This document shows positions 39,220 to 47,023 of a stretch of DNA of 64,000 nt, piece after piece. Origin of the DNA: Candidatus Bathyarchaeota archaeon. GTDB taxonomy: Archaea > Thermoproteota > Bathyarchaeia > Hecatellales > Hecatellaceae. Location: positions 1 through 64,000 of the forward strand of contig JBQPWD010000001.1 in assembly GCA_052246995.1 (NCBI GenBank), read 5' to 3'. The notes under the pieces were generated by a model. It was not told where the DNA came from. It worked only from the letters and a program-made list of their open reading frames with translations, and ran no database searches. The translations under genes and the position numbers were made by a program. Numbering within the stretch: the stretch's first letter is position 1; every line of letters begins with the position of its first letter.

Positions 39220-39625
39220 GCTGTCTTCTCCATCAGAAATAGTTCATCTCCAACCAAAAATTACAAGTTTGACTTTAAAGTTTTGGGAAGGATTAAGAAA
39301 CAGGAAACTTTTAGCACCTAAGTGTAAAGAGTGTGGTGAAACATTTTTCCCACCTAGAGGTTTTTGTCCAAAATGTTTTTCTGAGGATATTGGATGGATT
39401 GAGCTTAGCGGTAAGGGTAAGCTTTATAGTTGGACTGAAGTTCACTACTTAACCACTAAACCATACATTCTTGGTGTTATAGAGTTAGCTGAGCGTGTTG
39501 GTAGAATGATTTCTAGAGTTGAAGCCAAAGCTGAAGAGCTAGTAATAGATATGCCTGTAAAAATTGACTTTATAAAAGTTTCAGATAAGCTTACTATTTT
39601 TATCTGGAAACCTGATAAAAACTAA
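39212..39625 (+). CDS. DUF35 Zn-ribbon/OB-fold protein (thiolase partner); start uncertain
   Basis: FWEGL, KC.ECG..FFPPR.FCPKC, SGKGKLYSWT. Confidence 0.9.
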   Translation: MIKLSSPSEIVHLQPKITSLTLKFWEGLRNRKLLAPKCKECGETFFPPRGFCPKCFSEDIGWIELSGKGKLYSWTEVHYLTTKPYILGVIELAERVGRMISRVEAKAEELVIDMPVKIDFIKVSDKLTIFIWKPDKN

Positions 39626-39653
39626 GAAAACCTAAAAATTTATATCTTTTTTC

Positions 39654-39673
39654 TATTCCTATATTTAGGAATA
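39654..39673. promoter_or_regulatory. Inverted repeat just downstream of the TATA box of the CoA-ligase gene (candidate operator)
   Basis: TATTCCTA-TATT-TAGGAATA; TTTATAT at 39639-39645. Confidence 0.45.
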
Positions 39674-39722
39674 TAGTAGACTTTATGTAAAATTTAGTCT
39701 GCAAATTTTAGGTGAGATTTGT

Positions 39723-41210
39723 TTGTCTACTCGTCTTGAACGTTTAAAAATGATTAAAGGTTGGTGGCGTCCGGATAAAATCTCCCCCGAACTTGTTAAA
39801 AAATTTGTAGACATGTATCCAATTTACAGAAATGATGTCAACGACCCCAACTTTAAACCTCAAAAAGAAATTGTTGAAATTCAAAACAGAAATTTAAGAA
39901 GGCAGGTTGAGCTTTGTGCAAAATACAGTCCTTATTATAGGGAGTTGTTTAAAAAGCATAACATTGACCCATCATCCATTAAAACTGTAGATGACTTAGT
40001 GAAGATTCCTTTAACATTTAAAAGAGATTACATGGCCAACCCTGAAGCTTTTAGGCTTGCTATAGATAAGCCAACACTTTATGAACTTCCATGGGATGTA
40101 ACATTTACTACGGGAACAACCACGGGTGTACCTACTCCATTTTATAATACTGTTCATGACCTATATTCGATATCCCTGTTTCTTATGAGGAGTGCAAAAA
40201 TTTGCTGGGGGTCTCCTGACGGAGTAATCTTTAATGCGTTTCCTTATGGTCCTGTACCTCATATTGGCTATCTTAGGGCGATAACTTCAGCTTTAGCTAT
40301 AGGTGCTTCTGTTGTTTCAGGTCATACTGGTATACCTCATCCAGAGTTTCCTGTTCATAGAAGGATGGATGAGGCTATTAGAATGATTGAAAACCATAAG
40401 TGTAATACCATAATGGGTATTGCAAGCTATGTTAGAAGGATGATTATGAGAGCTGAAGAGCTTGGAGCTGACTTTTCATCGATAATGGTTATCCATGTTC
40501 TTGGTGAAGGTTGTCCTAAAGGTATGCGTGATGATTTAAGAAGAAGGTTGGAGAAGCTTGGTGCTGAAGATGTTTTTGTGCATAATGGTTATGGGTTTAC
40601 AGAGTGTCAAGGCTCTTTTAGTGAGTGTACTGAGCTTGTAGGCAACCATAACCCCTCCCCAGACCTATACTTTATTGAAGTTGTTGATGAAGAAACTGGT
40701 GAACGTAAAGCTGACGGTGAAACAGGGCTAATAGCTTTAACTCATCTAAACCGTAGAGGTACAGTGCTACTTAGATATGTTATAGGCGATATTGGTAGGA
40801 TAACCCATGAACCATGTTCATACTGTGGTAGAACTGGAGATAGGCTTTTAATTGTTGCTGGAAGTACTTATGCAACAAGAACAAAGGAGCTTGTAAAGTT
40901 AAAAGGTACATTAATCAATCCTGCAATTTTATCTCATGAAATTGAAAATATTCGTGGGGTTGCGGAATATCAGATAGTTTTCACGAAGGAGGATCCAAAC
41001 GACCCTTACTCCATGGATAAACTTGTGGTAAGGATAGCTCCTTCAGGTGAAGTTCCACTTGAAGAGTTAAAAGGGAAAATTATTGATGCTACGTTTAGAG
41101 CTGTAGAAATGAGACCCGAGGTTGAGTTTACAACTCCTGAGAAAATTTTTGATGCAACAGTTTCCTTAAAGGCTTCAAGAGTTGTTGACAAACGTCCACA
41201 GGTGGCTTAA
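39723..41210 (+). CDS. Phenylacetate-CoA ligase (PaaK)-like acyl-CoA ligase
   Basis: SPYYR.LF, FTTGTTTG.P, YGFTE, LLRY.IGD, KLKG..I.P, KASRVVDKR. Confidence 0.88.
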   Translation: MSTRLERLKMIKGWWRPDKISPELVKKFVDMYPIYRNDVNDPNFKPQKEIVEIQNRNLRRQVELCAKYSPYYRELFKKHNIDPSSIKTVDDLVKIPLTFKRDYMANPEAFRLAIDKPTLYELPWDVTFTTGTTTGVPTPFYNTVHDLYSISLFLMRSAKICWGSPDGVIFNAFPYGPVPHIGYLRAITSALAIGASVVSGHTGIPHPEFPVHRRMDEAIRMIENHKCNTIMGIASYVRRMIMRAEELGADFSSIMVIHVLGEGCPKGMRDDLRRRLEKLGAEDVFVHNGYGFTECQGSFSECTELVGNHNPSPDLYFIEVVDEETGERKADGETGLIALTHLNRRGTVLLRYVIGDIGRITHEPCSYCGRTGDRLLIVAGSTYATRTKELVKLKGTLINPAILSHEIENIRGVAEYQIVFTKEDPNDPYSMDKLVVRIAPSGEVPLEELKGKIIDATFRAVEMRPEVEFTTPEKIFDATVSLKASRVVDKRPQVA

Positions 41211-41257
41211 GCACTGTCATCCTACAACTGGAGCTAGCAACTTATTTATATCCATTT

Positions 41258-41274
41258 AATGTATACTATACATT
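41258..41274. promoter_or_regulatory. Perfect inverted repeat downstream of the TATA box of the ACAD-wHTH gene (candidate operator)
   Basis: AATGTATA-C-TATACATT; TTTATAT at 41245-41251. Confidence 0.55.
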
Positions 41275-41308
41275 TTAAACATCTTTAAAAATCAGGTTGG
41301 GTGTTTAG

Positions 41309-42841
41309 ATGGAACCTTTTCCTTGGTGGAGGGAGGAACACAAAAAGCTTGCTGAGGATGTTGAAAAGTTTGTTGAAGAGAATGGTTATATTGCTGCTGA
41401 AACTACATGGTTGAGAAAAGTTCCATGGGTCCTTATAAAAAAAATCGGTGAGAAAAGATGGTTTGGTGTTTCTGTTCCTAAGGAGTATGGTGGTTTAGGT
41501 TTAGGCATTACTGGTGCTTGTATTGTTGCTGAGGGGCTTGCAAAACTTGGAAACATCGCCCTTATTTACGATACAACAATGTTTGGTGGCGTTCATCAAA
41601 TATTGGAGTTTGGAAGTGAGGAGCAGAAGCGTAAGTGGCTTCCACGTATTGCTAGAGGTGAAATTCTAGGTGCAATAACTATAACTGAACCTTATGTTGG
41701 TTCTGATGTTGTTTCTATTGAAACTAAGGCTAAGCTTGTTGGAAATGAGTATATTGTTAATGGTAAGAAAAGGTTTATCAGTAACGCTGGAATAGCCGGA
41801 ATATATTTAGCTTATGTTAGAACAAGCGATAAGCCTGAAGATGTTGCCGCTTACAAACATCTTACAGCTTTAGTTATTGAGAAAGGTACACCTGGTTTTA
41901 CGATTGAAAAGATTAATGAGCTTTGCGGTTGGGATGGTGTGTACAACGGCTATTTAAGTTTTGATGATGCACGTGTACCTGTTGAAAACAGGCTTGGTAA
42001 CGAGGGTGATGGTTGGCAGGTTGCTGTTACAGGGTTAAACTTTGAAAGAACTTTGGGAGCTGCGTCTGCTCTTGCAGGTATAGCTGAGTGTTTAAGGTAT
42101 GCTGTTTTCCATTCTAGGAGGCGTGTACAGTTTGGTCAACCTACAAGCGAGTATCAAGCAAACCAGCTTAAAATTGCTGATATGATGATGAAGCTTAAAG
42201 CTGCAAGATTACTGGTATACTATACTGCATATCTTATTGATTCCGGACAATCTCCAATCATCGAGTCTACAGCTTCAAAGGTTCTTGTTTCGGAGATTTA
42301 TAAGGAGGTTTCTGACAATGCTATTCAAGTTATGGGTGGAGATGGTTGGACTAAGTTTTACCCTGTTGAATCTGTTTTTAGAAGCTCAAAAATCTTGGAG
42401 ATTGGTGCTGGAACAAATGAAATTCTTAGGTTGCTTGTTTACAGGCTTGGTTTAAGACTTATGGCTAACTACCTCAAACCCCCACGTAGAGTAATTCATG
42501 AGAAGCTTGGAATCCCTGTTCCTCCACAACTAGGTAAACCTAAAATACCCCGAGAACAGGTTAATGAGGATAGACTTTTAGAACTTTTAGCTGAAAACTA
42601 CAAAGTTAATCCTGGACTTTACATGGCAAGAGAGGATGTTAAGGAAGAGATGGATATAACTGATGAGCAGCTTGACATGATAACCATCTCCTTGGAGAAG
42701 AAAGGTTTAGTTAAAGTTTACAGGGATAGGCATGGTAACATTAGACTTATAAGGCCAACTTATGACGCCTTAAGAAAGACTAAACCAAGTGAATACTATA
42801 GGTGGTATCCTGAGTGGGTTGACATGAGCGAGCTCTTCTGA
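41309..42841 (+). CDS. Acyl-CoA dehydrogenase (isovaleryl-CoA dehydrogenase-like) fused to a C-terminal winged-helix-like domain
   Basis: ITEP..GSD, NGKKRFISN, GLNFER, QVMGGDG, EIGAGTNEILR; extra ~120-aa C-terminal region. Confidence 0.88.
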   Translation: MEPFPWWREEHKKLAEDVEKFVEENGYIAAETTWLRKVPWVLIKKIGEKRWFGVSVPKEYGGLGLGITGACIVAEGLAKLGNIALIYDTTMFGGVHQILEFGSEEQKRKWLPRIARGEILGAITITEPYVGSDVVSIETKAKLVGNEYIVNGKKRFISNAGIAGIYLAYVRTSDKPEDVAAYKHLTALVIEKGTPGFTIEKINELCGWDGVYNGYLSFDDARVPVENRLGNEGDGWQVAVTGLNFERTLGAASALAGIAECLRYAVFHSRRRVQFGQPTSEYQANQLKIADMMMKLKAARLLVYYTAYLIDSGQSPIIESTASKVLVSEIYKEVSDNAIQVMGGDGWTKFYPVESVFRSSKILEIGAGTNEILRLLVYRLGLRLMANYLKPPRRVIHEKLGIPVPPQLGKPKIPREQVNEDRLLELLAENYKVNPGLYMAREDVKEEMDITDEQLDMITISLEKKGLVKVYRDRHGNIRLIRPTYDALRKTKPSEYYRWYPEWVDMSELF

Positions 42842-42843
42842 GG

Positions 42844-43812
42844 CTAAGCTTCACGTAGGTGAATGTCTCCAGCAACAACTCTAACAACTAAGCCATCCCT
42901 AACTTTTACAAGCAGAAATCCATCCTCATCAACATCTAAAGCTTCACCTACGAAGCTTTCTTCGTAAGATTCAACTTTAACCTTTTTACCTAACGTTTGT
43001 GATAACTTTCTCCATTCCTCAATTATTCTGGAGAATTCTCCATGCTTAAACTCTAAGTATAGTTTTTCAAATTCTTCCAAAAGTTTTACTGTAAGCTTAA
43101 CCATTGAGACTTCTTTTCCAAGTAGTTCTAGGATTGATGTTGCTGCAGTTGATAGTTCTCTTCTACCCGTAAACCTTACATTTATGTTTATTCCTATACC
43201 CACAATAACGTAGTTTACTTTATCAACATCCCCTGAAGCTTCAACAAGAATTCCACAAATTTTTTTACCTTCAATTAAAACGTCGTTAGGCCACTTTAAT
43301 TTTGCATTCAACTTGTAAAGTTTTTTTAAAGTTTTAGCAACGGCAACCCCTGCAAGCAAACTAAGCCTTTGAACTTTTGATGTTGGAATGTTTGGCTTTA
43401 ATATTATGGATAGCCATAATCCTCCTTTAGGTGAAAACCACTCACGTCCAACTCTTCCTCTTCCTCTAGTTTGTTTTTCAGCAATAACAACAGTTCCCTC
43501 CTCTAAACCAGCATCAACAAGAGTTTTAGCAACATTTTGGGTTGATTCAACCTCCTCAAAATAAAAAATCTTCTTACCAATTATTTTTGTTCTTATTTCT
43601 GATTTTATTTCTGCTGGTAATGGTTTGTTTGGTGTGCTTACAATCGTATAACCTATTTTTGGTGTACCTTGAATGTTGTATCCTTCTATTCTTAGATTTT
43701 TGATTTGCTTCCATACGGCTGCTCTTGAAAGTTTAAGTTTTTTACCTAATTCTTCTCCGGATATTTGTTTTTTTCTTTTTAGCATTTTTACTATTTTTTC
43801 TTTGATATCCAA
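42844..43812 (-). CDS. birA: Bifunctional biotin--protein ligase / repressor BirA
   Basis: N-terminal HTH ISGEELG..L.LSRAAVWKQI; QTRGRGR.GREW.SP, KWPND, KKICGIL. Confidence 0.95.
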   Translation of the reverse strand: MDIKEKIVKMLKRKKQISGEELGKKLKLSRAAVWKQIKNLRIEGYNIQGTPKIGYTIVSTPNKPLPAEIKSEIRTKIIGKKIFYFEEVESTQNVAKTLVDAGLEEGTVVIAEKQTRGRGRVGREWFSPKGGLWLSIILKPNIPTSKVQRLSLLAGVAVAKTLKKLYKLNAKLKWPNDVLIEGKKICGILVEASGDVDKVNYVIVGIGININVRFTGRRELSTAATSILELLGKEVSMVKLTVKLLEEFEKLYLEFKHGEFSRIIEEWRKLSQTLGKKVKVESYEESFVGEALDVDEDGFLLVKVRDGLVVRVVAGDIHLREA

Positions 43813-43844
43813 TGTAAACCCTAAATAAATTTATAGTTGACGTT
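43811..43844. promoter_or_regulatory. Predicted BirA operator (BIO box) spanning the bioY TATA box
   Basis: AATGTAAAC-N16-GTTGACGTT matches the wwTGTnAAC-N15/16-GTTnACAww consensus; TTTATA lies in the spacer. Confidence 0.7.
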
Positions 43845-43870
43845 TGTTTAAAAGCATTAAGGGGCTTTTT

Positions 43871-44425
43871 ATGGTTTTTAAGGTGAATTCCTTAGATTTA
43901 GCTTTAGCTTCAACTTTTGCTGCTTTAACAGGTATGGGTGCATATATAATGATTCCCTTACCCTTTACACCTGTACCTGTTACGGCTCAAACATTTTTCA
44001 CCCTTTTATCAGGTGTTGTTCTTGGTGGGTTTAGAGGTTTTTTAAGTCAGATAATCTATGTTGGCTTGGGTTGTGTTGGTTTACCTGTTTTTGCTGGTGG
44101 TAAAGCTGGTTTGCCTGTTTTACTTGGACCGACTGGTGGATATCTTTTAGGTTTTATTGTTTCAGCCTACATTGTTGGTAGGCTTAACGAGCTTAGAGAA
44201 AATGTAAGTTTTGCATGGGTTTTTGCTTCAACAATCGTTGGAAACTTGGTAATCTACTTTTTTGGTCTTCTTCAACTTATGTTTTGGCTGGGGTTAACCT
44301 TTATTGAGGCGGTAGTTGTTGGTTTTTTACCATTTATTTTTGGAGATGTGGTTAAAGTTTTTCTTGCATCAGTTGTTGGTTTAAGAATTGTTAAAATTTT
44401 TCCTAACTTAGGAAAGAGAGGTTAG
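43871..44425 (+). CDS. bioY: Biotin transporter BioY
   Basis: IPLPFTPVPVT.QT, GLPVFAGG, GPTGGYLLGF, PFIFGD..K; ATG 43871 follows a GGGG RBS (ORF track start 43844). Confidence 0.95.
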   Translation: MVFKVNSLDLALASTFAALTGMGAYIMIPLPFTPVPVTAQTFFTLLSGVVLGGFRGFLSQIIYVGLGCVGLPVFAGGKAGLPVLLGPTGGYLLGFIVSAYIVGRLNELRENVSFAWVFASTIVGNLVIYFFGLLQLMFWLGLTFIEAVVVGFLPFIFGDVVKVFLASVVGLRIVKIFPNLGKRG

Positions 44426-44436
44426 TGTTTACCTAC

Positions 44437-44745
44437 CTAAGCTAAAATTTTACCTGTTTTTAATGCTTCCTTAACAATGCCTATTTCCTGGGATTTTCTT
44501 TTAAACTCCTCTACCGTATAGCATAGAATATCTAGTGGTTCTTTAACCCCCTCCCTGTACAATATCCTTAACACGTTAGCTGGTCTTTCAACAAATTCTA
44601 CATCCTTAAACCTGTTTGAGACAACTATAAGGTCTATATCTGAATCTGTTAAGTATTCTCCACTTACCCTAGAGCCAAAAAGCAGGATAAGCGCATCAGG
44701 GTAGTGTTTTTTGATGATTTTTGCAATTTCTTCGGGGGAGGTCAT
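44437..44745 (-). CDS. Minimal nucleotidyltransferase (MNT), putative antitoxin
   Basis: LFGSR..G....DSDIDL.VV, LDILCYT.EEF. Confidence 0.9.
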   Translation of the reverse strand: MTSPEEIAKIIKKHYPDALILLFGSRVSGEYLTDSDIDLIVVSNRFKDVEFVERPANVLRILYREGVKEPLDILCYTVEEFKRKSQEIGIVKEALKTGKILA

Positions 44746-45140
44746 CTTTCTTCAAGCCTTCCCTTACAGTATTCAATTATGCGTAAAGCTTTCTCATATC
44801 TCTCCTTTGCTATTCTTTCGTTGTACATCTGGGCCGGAACACCGTTTGCCGCATCTGGATATCTTGAAACAACATATTCTGGGTTAAGCTCTATGGCTGC
44901 ATCTACTATTTCCTCGTTAACAATGTTTAAACCCTCTAAAATTTCTAGAAGGTTATGGGTTTTAGGGCTAATTTCTCTTTTTAGGTGGATGAAAACTGCT
45001 TTTAAAGCTTTTTCAGCAGCTTGATGGGAAAAAAAGGCTGAAGCATAATATCTGCGAGTTTCCAGCATTATCTTGGCTGTTTCCAGGTCTTCAAGGGCTT
45101 GAAGCCAAAGTCTACGAACTTCCTCTCTCATAAAAACCAC
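44742..45140 (-). CDS. HEPN domain protein, putative toxin or partner of MNT
   Basis: W.QA.EDL..A, HQAAEKALKA, KTHNL..., Y..SRYPD; stop overlaps the MNT start. Confidence 0.9.
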   Translation of the reverse strand: MVFMREEVRRLWLQALEDLETAKIMLETRRYYASAFFSHQAAEKALKAVFIHLKREISPKTHNLLEILEGLNIVNEEIVDAAIELNPEYVVSRYPDAANGVPAQMYNERIAKERYEKALRIIEYCKGRLEER

Positions 45141-45240
45141 GTAGGGTGGTGTTAATGTAAAACAATCAACCGTCTTTTATAAGTATCTTCCAGGTTTTAA
45201 GGTTAAAGTAAAATGGTTGTTTGCCTCATTGGGTGGGTAT

Positions 45241-45903
45241 TTATGTTTTTTGTATGATTTTTTGTGTTTCTCTTTTAATTGGTATTACCTTTTTTATTAT
45301 ATGCCCACAGCACATTCTTTTAGCATAAATTATGAAGCTTTTTCCATCTTCACTTATTTTCTCAACAATTTTTGATGGGCTTTCTCTGTCACATTTTGGG
45401 CATTTACTGTTGCATATTTTTGTCTTTTCTTTTAGTATCTTGTATCCTATGTTTAGGGCTAGGTCTGTTTCCCCTAAATCTATTCCACCCTCAAGTTGCC
45501 ATTGGCTTAAAATTTTTAACGCGTATTTTTTTGTTTGGTTTAGGTTTCTAATTTTATCGAGGGTTTTTAATGCTGAATCTACCGCCCTACATGAGCTTGC
45601 AATTAATGTAAATTTTGTGTTTTGAGGGTTTGAAACAACTTCAAAATCTTCTCCTTTAACAAGTTTTCTTTTTTCTAGGAGAATTGTTAGTGTGGATACT
45701 TCGAAAAGGTTTAAGTCGTCTATTATTGTAAAGTTTTGAGGGTTTGGTAAGTCTATTAAGACTAATTGATTTTTTGTTAAAGCTTTTCCAACATTTTCAA
45801 GCTTAGCTGGGTCTATTTTTAATGTTAAAAGCGTGAGAAACCTAAATCTTTTATCTACCTTTTTTTCTACGTCTTCATTAAGCATGCTTTTAACCTTCAA
45901 CAA
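45241..45903 (-). CDS. Hypothetical protein with C-terminal Cys cluster
   Basis: 220-aa ORF with CNSKCPKC...MCCGH; no recognisable family. Confidence 0.6.
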   Translation of the reverse strand: MLKVKSMLNEDVEKKVDKRFRFLTLLTLKIDPAKLENVGKALTKNQLVLIDLPNPQNFTIIDDLNLFEVSTLTILLEKRKLVKGEDFEVVSNPQNTKFTLIASSCRAVDSALKTLDKIRNLNQTKKYALKILSQWQLEGGIDLGETDLALNIGYKILKEKTKICNSKCPKCDRESPSKIVEKISEDGKSFIIYAKRMCCGHIIKKVIPIKRETQKIIQKT

Positions 45904-45985
45904 AATAATGATGTTAAGGTTATTTTAGTTTTTCTTAGATGTTTATGGCTAATAAGCCATTAAGCCGATAAATTTTCCACTTGAT

Positions 45986-46109
45986 AAGGTAAACTTAGAT
46001 CATCTTAGGTTTGCGGTTTTGTTAATGTAACTTATTTCTCCTCGGAATATTTACCAAATCTTAACTTATCACGTACTTCTAAACCTAACTCAATGAGTAA
46101 GTTTACCTT
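45986..46109. repeat. Imperfect long inverted repeat in a divergent intergenic region
   Basis: AAGGTAAACTTA..TCAT.TTAGGTTT (45986-46012) pairs with AAACCTAA....ATGA.TAAGTTTACCTT (46081-46109). Confidence 0.5.
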
Positions 46110-46183
46110 TAAAGATTTCTTAATGAAACAACGAAATAGTGAAGGGAAAGGTCTATATGTATATTAAACACCACATAACTTAC

Positions 46184-46198
46184 GTGGAAAATTTCCAC
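46184..46198. promoter_or_regulatory. Palindrome upstream of the DUF116 gene (candidate TF site)
   Basis: GTGGAAA-A-TTTCCAC; half-sites at 45973-45980 and 46981-46988. Confidence 0.4.
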
Positions 46199-46253
46199 AG
46201 CTCTCTACAAAGCTCAACTTTCAGAAGAATAAAGGTAAAGGCGAAAAAAATAA

Positions 46254-46895
46254 ATGCCGTATAAGTTTAATTTTGACCTAACAAAAGTTTCAAGCAAACT
46301 TTTTAGAGAGATGGTTAAAGTAGCATATGAAAAAGGGGCTCATAGAAGGATATCCTATTTAGCAAGGAACCTAATAAAAAAGCTTAAAATAGACCAGCTA
46401 ACAGGTCTTCAATTTTCAGAGGCGCTTCAGCTAGTAGAAGACTTGGTAGATATCTACCTTCTTAACGCAATCCAAAAAGAAAAATTTGAAAAAACAAGAA
46501 AAAGAGTACTATTCTTACCGCATTGTGCAAGAAAGTACATGGATGGTAGATGTAAATCAGTTTTTAAACCAGAAGTACCAACCTACATCTGCCAAAATTG
46601 CTCAGTAAACTGTCTAGTAAACCAAGCATTAAGCTACGCTCAAAAAATGGATTATGACACATACATCGTTGCAGGAGGCTCATGTATACCTCAAATCCTA
46701 AGAAAAAACAGATACGAAGGTGTTGTAGGTGTAGCATGCAGTGAAGAACTAAAATTAGCAGAAAACTACATAAAAACGTTTAACATACCTGGTCAAGCAG
46801 TACCCCTAATAAGAAACGGATGCTCAGAAACAAAATTCAGCTTGGAAGAGCTAATAGAAATCCTAAAAATGGGAAAACAGGACGTTACAATTTAA
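46254..46895 (+). CDS. DUF116 domain protein
   Basis: RVLFLPHC.R, C..C...C, YIV.GGS, GVVGVAC..EL, PL...GC..T. Confidence 0.85.
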   Translation: MPYKFNFDLTKVSSKLFREMVKVAYEKGAHRRISYLARNLIKKLKIDQLTGLQFSEALQLVEDLVDIYLLNAIQKEKFEKTRKRVLFLPHCARKYMDGRCKSVFKPEVPTYICQNCSVNCLVNQALSYAQKMDYDTYIVAGGSCIPQILRKNRYEGVVGVACSEELKLAENYIKTFNIPGQAVPLIRNGCSETKFSLEELIEILKMGKQDVTI

Positions 46896-47023
46896 GCTAA
46901 AATTTTAAAGTTTATTTTACATCATTAAATCTCCCTATTTTGCTCAATGTTATGTTTTAACATTCCAAAGCATTAAATTCGTGGAAAAACTTTTATACGT
47001 CAAGCCAGCTTGGGTGTGTAGCT

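Noticed and set aside
45904-46253. Replication origin (ORB-like TCAAGTGGAAA / TTCCACTTGA, skew switch)
   Set aside because: No orc1/cdc6 nearby, no G-string ORBs, and the skew polarity is opposite to that expected at an origin.
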